From: Callorhinchus milii
Lineage: Eukaryota
DNA length: 64,000 nt
NCBI RefSeq assembly: GCF_018977255.1
Contig: NW_024704743.1
Span: 20,214,001-20,278,000 of the forward strand
Direction: 5' to 3'
Position numbers and translations under genes: made by a program. Shown here piece by piece: positions 1 to 11,800 of the stretch (positions are counted from its first letter, which is position 1; each line of letters begins with the position of its first letter). The notes beneath the pieces are model-generated. The model worked only from the letters and a program-made list of their open reading frames with translations. It had not been told where the DNA came from and ran no database searches.

Positions 1-3000
1 TTCAAGTGCTTTGTGTGCCACAAAAAAGTACAGTATTGGATTTAGTTGAGATGGCAATCATTTCCCCTCAAATTAAATTTGACAAATTATTAATAATAAT
101 CCTTGCGTTTGATACAGCGCCTTATCAAGTATTCGAGTCATCTCCAAATGCTTTCCAGAATATATTGTAAAATGATTTGACACTATATTTTTGTGGGCTA
201 AATAAATTAAATAACTAATGTAAAAATAGATTTTATGGATACATGCTACAGTTTTAAAATCATTAAAAACCAGAAGCCTGAGTTTTAATATGAACAGAGC
301 TATGTCATCCTTTAATATCGTTAAAGATTTAGAAATTCAGGGTAATTAAGTTTATAAAGTGTTATAAAGACGAGTAAATATTGAGGTTATTTTTAATTTT
401 TGAAGTTTATTCTTTTCATTTGAACTGTAGGGTGGTTGTTGTTTATTAAAAATAATCAAATGCATTTTGAAGTCCTAGAAAATATGGGTGATCCCGTAAC
501 ATCCTATTTAATGGTAGCAAGTACTGTTATTAGCATATGTCAATATTGAAGCAGTCTTTATCAGAGATCACCAATGTTCAACTGTGATGTAATTGCGTTG
601 GCTGGTATTTAAAATCTTAAGAGAAAGACATTGGATTTCTTTTGAATGTTGAGAAATTTGGGGCTAGAACTTCTGATCGTCACTAAACTGAGTATAATTT
701 TTGTCAAAACAGTGCAATCTAATTTGTAAAAATTAGATTAATTTGCTCCTTATTTGAAATTTAACGAGCATTTCACTATTGAAAACAGTGAATGAAATTT
801 TCATTGGCTTCTAGAGTATTTTTGCTTGCTTAAAGTTATTTTTTAAAAAAGCCTCTTGACTCACACAGAGTGCAGTAACATTTACGCAACAACAAGTTTT
901 AAATAACTAATAATTTGTAGACATGATGTCAGGACTTATTTTTAAAATTATTAGTATTTAACTTGTTTTTTATATATATTTAACTCCATTTATCCTAAGA
1001 TCTGTGCGAACCATCGCTTTGACTTATGCTGTGTAGCCTAACAATTGGTTGCGAATATGTTTTTTTGGCTATCCATAATCTCCTAATAAACCCTATTTCC
1101 AAATCTACACCTCCTTGATCCTCTTGCATTCCTCCTGCCTGCTTCATTGCTGACATCTGCACTCTCGCGAGGATCTTGCATTATATCCCAGATGGGCAGT
1201 GAATGGAATAGTGGTAATGGGTCCTGTCAAATAAGCAATAGCAGGAGATGAAATGGCTGTGGCTGATGGAAGAGTCTCCGTACTGCTAAAAGCATTAAGG
1301 AGAGAAGAATATGGGAAAGAAAGGGACTGGCCATTAGAAAGGCTAAATGAATGAAAAGGTGGATGAAATAAGAAATAAGGGCATTTGTAAGAATAGAAGC
1401 TGAACAATGGAAAAAATAAGAACAATTATAGAAAAAAATGTCACTGTGCTATAGACTTTATATAAAATAAAGATGCTATGTAAAGTAACCCAAAATATAT
1501 CAGCATATAAACATTTGGGTTCGATTTTCAGCACATGGAAAAATTAACAACCAGAAGCTTATTCGCTTTAAGAAAAAAATCAAACTAATAGTTTAAACTA
1601 TTTAAAATATTACATTTTGGCTTGTGAAAAAAATAAAGATGTGTAATAAAGTCCAAACTGCCTGGCAGATTTTTAAAAGCTTCAGTGATTTTATATTTAC
1701 GTAAGAAATGAAATTACAATGGAAAGTGTTCATATGGAAACGCTTAGAACAGATTTTGTTGTAATACTAGCTTTGTCTTTTTTAAAAAGTTATCGATAAC
1801 ACTTTTGTAATGCCTTTCTAGCTGTTTTTGAATACGATTATGCAGTACCACTTTGCATTAAGAATTTGCTTTGTATGAACTGGTTAATACAAGTAATTTC
1901 CTTGGATTGTGGACAAATGTAGCTCGCGAAAGGCAAGCTAGATTATGCAAGAATTTGGCCAGCAAGTGCTGCTTGATCTGTTCAGTTCATTTTTGCTTGT
2001 TTGGCTCATTCCCAGCAGAGGCCTTCAGAATTGTGGTTTGCAACATGAATGAATACAAACTTTGGACCAGCTCTCTAGTAGTAGTATTGGCCGACTGCCA
2101 AAATTACAGTTACTTAGACAGGGTCACAGTAGAGCTGTGATTTATGTTTAGCCTTATATTGTGAAAAATGCATATTTGTGATGCCAGGTTGCGCCCAGAA
2201 AAGCCTTGTTTGAGATCCAACTTCATCAGAAAAGGAAGTAATGGAATGATTTGCAGGTTTGCTAATGATTGAGCATAGCAAAGGAAACGTGGCTTTTAGT
2301 TGCTAAACTGGAGATGGAAGTAGGACCTTTTGACCTCTGCAAACAGCCTGTGATGTGGAAGATTTGAGCATTTGAGACATCTGTTGTCTACCTGCCCTTA
2401 TTTAGTAAATGGTTTAATAAGATTAAATAATTAGTAGGATTACCACATGGTCATCATGCTGCTAAATCTGCAGTATGTGTTACTAGACTGCACACATGGG
2501 GCATGAATGAAAACTGGAAGCTTCTATTGCATACTTTCTCAATGCTTGAACGGAGTATAATTTCGATTTGTTCAGGGTAGGTGTTGCTTAAGTGTTACAA
2601 AACTACTGTTTGGCACCATTTGTTTAAAGAACAATCTTTTTACAAAGGCAATGTGGATATTTAAATCTTCGTAAATTTATAATTCCCATTCAAAGTTCAT
2701 GAATCTGTTATTATTTTCTACTAGCTTCAAAATATTTTCAGTATCAATTAGGTATTTGTTTATAAATACCTAACATCTTCTTTATTGGCTTTGCAGTTTT
2801 AAACCAGCTTTGTTTGTAACATGTACCAATTTTATGGAATTGTTTAGACTGAACAGAATGCCAGTTAATTTTTGCTGTGGTTTTGCTTGTTGAATCAAAT
2901 TGAATCTCCAAAGTATACAATTGCTTGCATCTGTAACTCTACAAATAAAAGTACAGTATAACTAGTTTAGCTGATATTTTGGCATGTTTCTCACAAAATT

Positions 3001-4242
3001 GCATATGCAAGATTGTTTCATAAATGAATCAATGTGCATGGCTGCATTTCAACTTTGGTCTGACTCCAGCTGGTACAGGGCCAACTTTTGAACTTAATAA
3101 TAGTTCAGAAGTTCCTGAGTGATCGGTTGGACCATTTTTAAAGCTCTCAATGTTACTGAGTCAGTATTCCCAGCTATTTAATAATAGATTAGAAATTAAG
3201 TGAAATTTGGTGAAGGTTAGTTGGACATTTGTGAATGCGTTCAGTGACATGAATTCCTCGGTCCTGGTGCCAGTCCAAAAACATTTTTACAGAAACCACA
3301 TTAATTTGGTGTCTTGAGGTATAGCTGGCATATGAGATACCTCAGTTCTAAATAAGAACACAAATGCTGCTGAAAGTTCACAGCATATTATTCTCCACCT
3401 AAAAGAAAATCTTTGAATAATATTGTGGGGATGACTTTCATCAGGATTGAACTGGTTGCCTTTATAGTATATCATATTTAGGGCTTTCTGATTTTCAGTT
3501 TTAACCAAGAAAACCCACTAATACATTCCCTTTGCAAAAAAAAAAAAACTGGAAACGCCTGTCCTAACAAAACTCCGAGATGGTTTTCTCTATCTCTCGC
3601 ACGCTGTCAGCATCGTCCCGGTGTGTCAATTGTGCACGGTTGCTCTCTCTCTTCTCCGTGTGCATAGGTGCATCTGGTGAAGCACTGTGTATGAAGGCAC
3701 TTCTCTTCCTTCAGTGCGCAGCCGCATCTTCTCAGTACACAGTATGTGTGTGTGGTGCGTGTGGATAATTTGTCTTAATGCAAATTTTTTACAGTACCAC
3801 CTAAAAAGAGGTTTTATCTGGAGTTATGCTGTTATTGGCAGACTGGACCAGCTTCATTCCTTCTCCTCTCTCCTCTCACTCCGACTCTCCTTTTGCATTT
3901 GTCTTTCTTTTACACTGTATAAAAGTGAATAATAATCCTTGCATTTTTCCTTGCATTTGATATATCTAAACATTTACTTTCACTCTGGTGCATAAAAATG
4001 TGATAATCTGCAAAGTAGTGAAAAGTACCACTGGTAATATTTCCTTCTCCCTAGCAATCTTGCATGCACACAAATTTAATAGATCTGTGACATTGACTAG
4101 TTGGGCCAAGTGGATTTTCCATGCTGTATAGTTTTTGGTAAATCTTTGTGTACGACTAGATTTTATTTTTGCTGGCATCAGCCTCACCATTCATTGGAGC
4201 GTGATGTAGTTAAACAGGCATGCAGATAATTGCCGTGCGAAT

Positions 4243-4245
<3 letters not shown>

Positions 4246-4290
<45 letters not shown>
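4246..4290. repeat. Compound microsatellite, (GT)14 followed by (AT)n
   Basis: Read directly. Confidence 0.95.
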
Positions 4291-5720
4291 GATACATACA
4301 CAGCTCCATTCACAGATGTATAGGCTGCAATTCTTCCTCTTTCCCCAGGCCCCATGCCCACCCCATTCTACGTGAACATGGGTGAATTCTAACCCTTCAA
4401 TCCTTATCCTAAATTTAATATGCAAAATCCTTCTGTATATGAACATCTTAAAAACTATACACTTGAGCATTTTCGTTTCTCTGTTCTAAAGACTGGATTG
4501 ATGTGCGCTAAGAGCAGTTTTCCACGGTTACTGCAGCCCCTTATCTTACCTGGATAATTATATGTTGGATAAGCAATGAATTTTGGCAGGCGATTTTGAC
4601 TGCTGAGGCTAATAGGGCCCTCAACCACTGATTATGTGTACGCTTTGCAGCAGTGTACACTTCACTGGATAGTAATCCAAAATTTTCCTGAGCTAATAGA
4701 ATTTCATTGTCTTATTCGTTATATTATTTTGATTATTATATTATGGAAGTCCCTATACAAATGTAATGTGTTGTTTTTGGAGATTAAGGTCCCTTTGCAC
4801 TATTTGAAAAGAGAAGGGAGTTTCTCCCGGTATCGTGGCCAACAATTCCCCAGATAAAATTGATCATTCACTTCACGGCTGTTTGTGGGACACTGGGGTG
4901 TGCAAATTGGCTTCATCGTTTGCCGACAAAAAATGTAGTCATTCACTACACTTAACAGTAAATCCTGTGAAGTGCATTGAGCCTTCATGCTGACATGAAA
5001 GGCCCCACTTTAATGCAAGAATTATCACATCATGCATGTATCCAGGTTTATAATAAACTTTATGTAACCAGGTTTTGTATGCAATGTGAGGTTTTACAGC
5101 ATATGTTTGATGGATTACTGTTTTGTTGTTCATTAAAATATGAACAAAGTTTCTAGAACTACTAAACAATTCACAGAACATGAAGGTGCACTCGGAATAG
5201 AACATGAGGGTTGCACAAGCTCCTGTGATTGTTCAAACCCATTTTTAGTTGTTTATTTAACATTGCAGTTTTGCTTTTCTTACATCAAAATAATTCCTAA
5301 CACAAAGATTATGGAACAAAACAGTAGCTTTTTTGGCTCCTTCAATTTGACTCACTGTGCCACTCTTTCAGCTTGTCTTGTCAGCCAGGAATACCTATTT
5401 TGCATCCACTAATGTTACTGCATAATTGAATACTAGGTGGTGTACAAAGTGACTTGGGGTGGGATTGGGCTCTTTTTTTCCTTCCCTGTGTCAACACTCC
5501 CCTACAGAAGCACTGTAGAGTTCAGGAATTTTCCTTGTTAAGAGGAGCAGGCAGAAACGTGAACTTTGATACAGTCCTTTGTAGATCTTCTGCGTCTGCA
5601 CTGGGATGAAATCCTGGAACAAGCCATCTTAAAATGAAAGAAAAAATACTTCTGTTCATCTCTAATATATTTTCTTTAATGTATTATGGTTCTAACTCTG
5701 CTGTATTATCTCTCCAATAG

Positions 5721-5838
5721 GCAAATGCCCTACCTGGAACTTCATTTAATCTCGCTCCTTCTCACATGTTTGGGAATCGACTAAATCCCAACTCTGCGAT
5801 GGCAGCTCTTATAGCACAGTCTGAAACCAATCAAGCAG
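5721..5838 (+). CDS. MLLT10: MLLT10 (AF10) internal coding exon; first in the window (the gene starts upstream)
   Basis: tctccaatag|GCAAAT...CAAGCAG|gtaag; 118 nt, phase 0 to 1; ANALPGTSFNLAPSHMFGNRLNPNSAMAALIAQSETNQA resembles the AF10 segment ANTLSG...SMAALIAQSENNQ. Confidence 0.93.
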
Positions 5839-8800
5839 GTAAGAACATGGAAAGGACTTCTTACTGCCTGCCATAAGCAGTCAAAATGCACTCATATTAT
5901 CAGGTGGAAGTAGAGATGGATTACCCCCACTCTTCTGAGGTTAATAATGAACTGGATCGGGTTTTATATAAAATGATAATTTACAGTATACGTTTCATTA
6001 ATCTCTGGTAACTTAAAATATGAAATTTCTAGAACTACAGTACTTAAATGACAGGACAGAATTGTGTGTATCGCTGGGAAGAACCTGAAGACTGCTCCAG
6101 TTACTGTTGACCATTTAAAATCCGCTTTTCAATGCGCAAACTTGTGCATCTACATTTAAATAGTTTTAATATTTAAAATCTATCTTTGAATGTGCAAAAT
6201 TTTGAAAACATTCAGACAGGAACATGCATTTATATTTAATCTTCTTTTTCTTTCAATAATTTTGTAAAACCCGAAATTAAGCTAATTATTATTCAATAGA
6301 TTTTTCTATCATCCAGATACAGAACTTGTTTTATAAATTTAGCACAAAAGCCTGTTCTTCAGTACTACACTTTGTTGTTTAGATTACTGTTGATAATAGC
6401 TAAGTGGATGACCAGGTAGATTTTTTTGTTTATAGAAAAAAGGAATGAATTTTAACCCACCTTATGTCAGAAGTAACTCGCTGATCGAATAATATATTTT
6501 TAAAATTATTTTGATCAGTATCTCTTAACTGGGGGCGCAAATCTATGAATTACCACAAGTGATAATTATTACCAATTGATAAATGTGGTTGAGACAGTTA
6601 ATTATTGAAGGCTGCTCTGAAAGTGTGAAACCTCACTCTGACGATGGTTGGACTTGAAGCTACCTTTGGGGGCCATTTAACTTTTGGGGCGAGGAGCACC
6701 AGAATTAGACCCTTAATTGCTGCACCTCGTGTGCTGAAAGTGGAAAAACTGCCACGCGTGGCTTCAGGTCGAACCAACATCGTGGATTTTGGGGGCAGAT
6801 TTGTTGTTGTTTCCACTGCCTTTATCAACAACATATATAACACATTACACTTCTCCATTTTTACTCTCCCCCTCCACGAACATTATTTCTTCCATTTCTT
6901 ACAAGTTGTGAAATATACATTCTGGATGATGATTTCAAAATATTTGTTCCAACTGAGGATTGCAAAAATGACATTGCAAAACTTGACAACTCGATACACA
7001 GTTACTAACATAATACAGCACTTAATGTAAATTCAAGAGTCCATTGTGAGTGCAGGAACATTATCAGCTTCAAAAAGCATACTTTTTCTGATCAAGATTT
7101 CAATATTTGGAAATGCCAGAAATATCCAAATTGTGAGAATTTGAGGATGCTATCCTTCAGATGAGATGCTAAACCAAGGTATTGTCTGCCAATTTAGGCG
7201 ATTGTTAAAGATCACATGGTACTATTTTAAAAAAAAGTTTATTTCTGGCCAACAATTTCCAAGGTATAATTGGTTGTTCATATCATTGCTGTGCGCAAAT
7301 TACCTGCTGAGTTTGTCTACATTTTCATTATCGCTACGCTTTGCAATAAATCCTGTGAAGTGGTTTGAGATGTCTTCCCAAAGTGAAAGTTATCATGAAA
7401 AGCATATCAATCTGTGTTTAAGCTCTGGAATGAGTCCAGTGACTCATTTAAACCAATGATGCATTTTCTTTACTTCAAAACAGATTTTTCTTGTTAAACA
7501 ATTCAACAAATATCATATATGAAGTGAGGCATTCTGGCCGTTTGATAATTAAATTCACACTGCACCAGGCTCTGTGAGGCTATTACCCCCTTCCTTGCTA
7601 GGCTCCATTGGCTCCCCATCCCCAAACAGGCTAAATTCTAGATTCTCATTCTTGTCTTCAAATCTCTACGATCTCGCCCCATCCTACGATCTCGCCCCAT
7701 CCTATCTACTCTGCAGCCACTCTGCCCCACTCTCTGGAACTCCATCCGAGAGTCTTTCCGATTCCCTCCCCGCATTCAAAGTCCACCTCCACACTTGCCT
7801 CTTTGACTTTGGTTTTAGTCATTTTAGCCCTTTGGCTTTGATCTCCAGGTTGGGTGCGCATCCAGCAATATTAAGTGTTTTGAGACATCCTCTCAATGTG
7901 AAAAGCATTATATAATGTATATATTGTACTGTACTTTTTTTGGCCCTCTGGCTGTCAACCGCCCAATTTTTATTTGTTTTTTATGAAGAAACAATCCAAT
8001 CCGCTTAAGTAAACATGAAAAGGATTAACTTTGTATTTGTTTTTAATCTGTTTTATTTGTTTTATTAGCATAAGAGCACAAGTCTCAATTTGTGGTGCTC
8101 CACTACTGATGTAATCTGATGTGATCAGGCATTGCTGTTTCCATATAAAATATTATTGTCTTGAGTTTATTGAACAAATCTTAGGTAGTAGTGCCGTTCC
8201 AAATATTCTGAAAATATTGCTATGTTTTAAAGTGGCAAGAATAAAATACAAGAGTGAGAATGTCGTCAATTTACAGTTGGCATAGAATCCCCCCCCACCC
8301 CCTTTTGATTTAATTGTTTAGCTGATTCAGTGAATCATTGTCTTTTTCCCACCTCTCTTTGTCATGTATGGAAGGAATTTTGTTGCCTCCAATTATAACA
8401 TTCAATGAACCAATATTTTAGGAGCATTTCATGAAACCAAACTATTTTGAGGGTCCTGCCTTATTTCTTGCATGTATTTTATGTTCAGAGAAGCAAATTA
8501 CTGGAACATTTTTTGATATCCTCATTTTCAACAAATTATTTTGTTGACAGAAGAAAAATGTGTTAAATTTTGTTGCTATAAAGTATTATTGTACATTTTT
8601 CATTGCCTAAAGTGTAAATGTTTGACTAAAGTTATTGGTACGCTGGAATGCTGCAGCGTCTCCTGTGGCTCAAATGATTGATGTGTTCAATTCTGTTCGT
8701 TTTGTGCAGTGAATAAGAACACGCCACTATGTTTTGTCATGAATGGGCTGAGCTCCTTTTTTATTGTTCATGCAACTGTATTAGATTACTTTGTATGTCA

Positions 8801-11800
8801 AAGATCGTAACCTACGAGAGGAACTTCAATTTTAAAAGTAGAAAATCTGTTCCTTTCAACCCTTTCCCACCCTTCAATACTGATATTTATTTAAGATGTT
8901 TCAAATATGAAGGTACTTTTTAATGATGAAATGGAGTGACTGCTTCATTTTTTTCCCAAAGAATCTGTTGGATCTCAAAGAAGTTATACTCCGCCCCCTT
9001 CCTCCTGGGGGATGGGGACTAGGCAATTTAACCAGAATGAATCGGTCATGCCTCTGGCTTCAAGGAGAGGTCAGGGGGTCACGTGACTCAGAATAGTTCA
9101 AGGGAAACACCAGGAAGGGGCCAAATTGGGTTCTTTACTAGTAAACAGCTCATACTGAAAAAAGAATGGCTGGGATTGGTTACAGACGCTCAATTACATT
9201 CATGAAAATAGCCTGCCAAGAGGTTGGACCTAACATGTAAATTGAATCACTATTGCTTTAAATACAAATAAATGAACCTTGTGTAAATACAAATACCAAT
9301 TTTTCTCAGCCCCCCCTAGACACATACACATACTATCGCTTGATCTTGCTGTTTCAACTTTTGTTATTTTAGTGGAACAGATTAGGCAGTGAGTTTTTCT
9401 CTCTGCCTCTTCTTTCTCCGCCCCCCACACACACGCAGTCCTAGTACTTGAGATCTTTACCTGGATTAAAGACCACATTTTATCTGGCCTTATTCTCTGG
9501 CTATGACAATACCTAAGATCTCTCCTGTAGAATCCTGATTATTCTGCACTAATTTTTGTAGCAGGAGGATCTCAAAAGCTGGAAGGCCATCTTGGAAGAC
9601 CAGATAACTGACCTCTACTGGGGTGTAGGGACCACAGATACAGGAGTGAGTCCACATCATAACCTGAAGTCCAGGGACAATGCAGCACATGAGGTAACCC
9701 TGCCCCCGACAGTGTCCTAGGGCTAGTAGATCAGATAGATCAGATCTCTTGGAATCCTGTAATTGCCAGTCCATTCCACACATTCAAATTTTATTCCCCA
9801 AGATTATCTGGTTTGGGAATAGACTGACCAAGTAAAGGGCACAAGGTTGCTCACTATAGTCTACCTTAATTGTTGCAGAGGAGAGATCTGATGTATGCTG
9901 GTTTTGTCCCATAGGGAATAGTAAAGGGCCTTTGTTACTTATTTATTATATATAGGATGTTTTAATCTTGTTTTTAACTGGGCATTCTAAAAGAAATTAT
10001 CAAGCCTTCATTTCATGTCAACAATCATTGTTTCCTCACTTCCTGAAATGGTCTGTTTACTATGGATGTTGGCTTCTCTACCTCTACAGAATTTTCTGTG
10101 ATCATGTCACTGATCACTGAAAATTTGACACCTCTTCAGTGAACCATAGTTTATGTTTGGTATTACGTATGCAACAGGGGAGGTCCTAATTGGCATATTC
10201 TGAAACAATCTGCACCATGTTGGAGAGCTGAGTATCCAGTACCCATTTCATGTTCCCTTTGAGGAAGAGGAACATGCCTTTGCATGTATACCACTTTGCA
10301 AAGATTGTTACTATTTGAACTTCAAACTCTGGAAATCTGTGCCTGTTTCAGGTCGCATCTGAAGACCTTCCTCTTTAACCATGCCTATGGTCACCTCCCC
10401 TCTCCCTGGTTCAGCATCAAGCTCTGCCACTGTTAAGCACCCCCACATGAAAGGCACTACATAGCAAGTTGTTGTTATTGAACTTGCATTATTTGTTGTA
10501 AAATAGGTCTCGGATGTTCTAAAATAGGGTTTTCAGTTGTATGTGTATCTCAGATACATATCTAACTGAAAGCACACATTATTTTTGCGGCATTTTTCTT
10601 TCATTCAGTGTTCACATTCAGTACGGTATTGCCCATCATTCAATACATTTGTAAATCACAAGGGGAAATTTCTCTTTGAGGAGATCACTTTCTGTTGTTT
10701 CAATGTCAGCTTTGTTTTGATACTGGGTTCAGTTTGAATTGTCATTGAATTGTGTTCCCATTGATATAAAACTAGCGCAGTTTCAGTTGCTGAAAATTAT
10801 TTTGTCTGTTGCAGCATAAATCTATTGGGCCATTTGATTTTCAATCGTCAACTAAAGCAATCTTTTGATTTTCATTGGCATTGTCTCACCTTAGCCGAAC
10901 AACCCATCTTAATTTCAAAAAATGGATTATCATCTCACATCATTCTAAATGATGAATTCCAGTTGAATTTGTTTGGGGCAGCCGTGTGTCTGACACATGG
11001 GGAAACCCATCACCATGCTTAAGAGTATTCAAACAAATCGAATTCCATGCGTCCTATCTCCACATGGAAATGCCAGAGATATTTATTGGAATGGAATGCT
11101 CATTCTCTCCCTGGAAGGAAGCATCCTGCCTACCTAATTCCAGGGAATATTAGGTGCAGGTTGGCAAGAGCCAAGGTTTGGGTATCCCAGAGCGTGTGTT
11201 GGGATACTGCTGGAGTCCAACCAGCTAAAAACGGTAGCTTGTCATTGAAAGATTGACTGGCAAGTTTTCCTGCTGCTTGAACCACCTTTAGGGCTTTGAC
11301 TTGCAGGGTTAATGGGAACTAAGTGGGAAGTGTCCCTGCCTCCTGTGACTGGTTTGCCATTCCAAATCAGGAAGGGCCAGTTTGCCAGATCGCCTGGTCT
11401 ATCATTACCAGTATCCTGGAGTTCTGGGGACCCGCTTGACTTGGGAACTAGTGACTTGATTCTGACATTCTGTTGCCAAATATGTCACCTTGGAGCCATT
11501 CAGCTTCAAGGGCTTTGAGCCCTCACTAGGTGGTTGGCAGGTACCAGGAAATCCCTGCGCGCTTTCTGGTAGGCAACCAGCTCAGGATGAGAGCATTAGC
11601 ACCAACATCCTGCACACGACTCTGACACACATCGCTTCCCATTCAGCGTAGGTTCCACCAGTTGGAAGTGAGTAGCTTGAGTCGCAGCTACTTACCTCTC
11701 TGAAAGCCAATCAAAATGAATTCCACAAGTCCTCGATTTATGAACACACATTCACAAATTCAGGCTCCAAGTAACGCCACCCAGCGGCTGTTGACCCCAA

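Noticed and set aside
2195..2235. Hammerhead-like core on the minus strand (ctgatgaagttggatctcaaac); similar CTGATGA hits at about 3440 and 16945
   Set aside because: The required GAAA after stem II is missing and stems I/III could not be built
6644..7030. 128-aa ORF overlapping an 86-aa antisense ORF
   Set aside because: No recognisable domain or splice context; it overlaps a GC-richer patch that looks repeat-derived
7666..7701. 18-bp tandem duplication ctacgatctcgccccatc x2
   Set aside because: Local slippage inside a decayed L2 fragment; not an array or CRISPR-like structure
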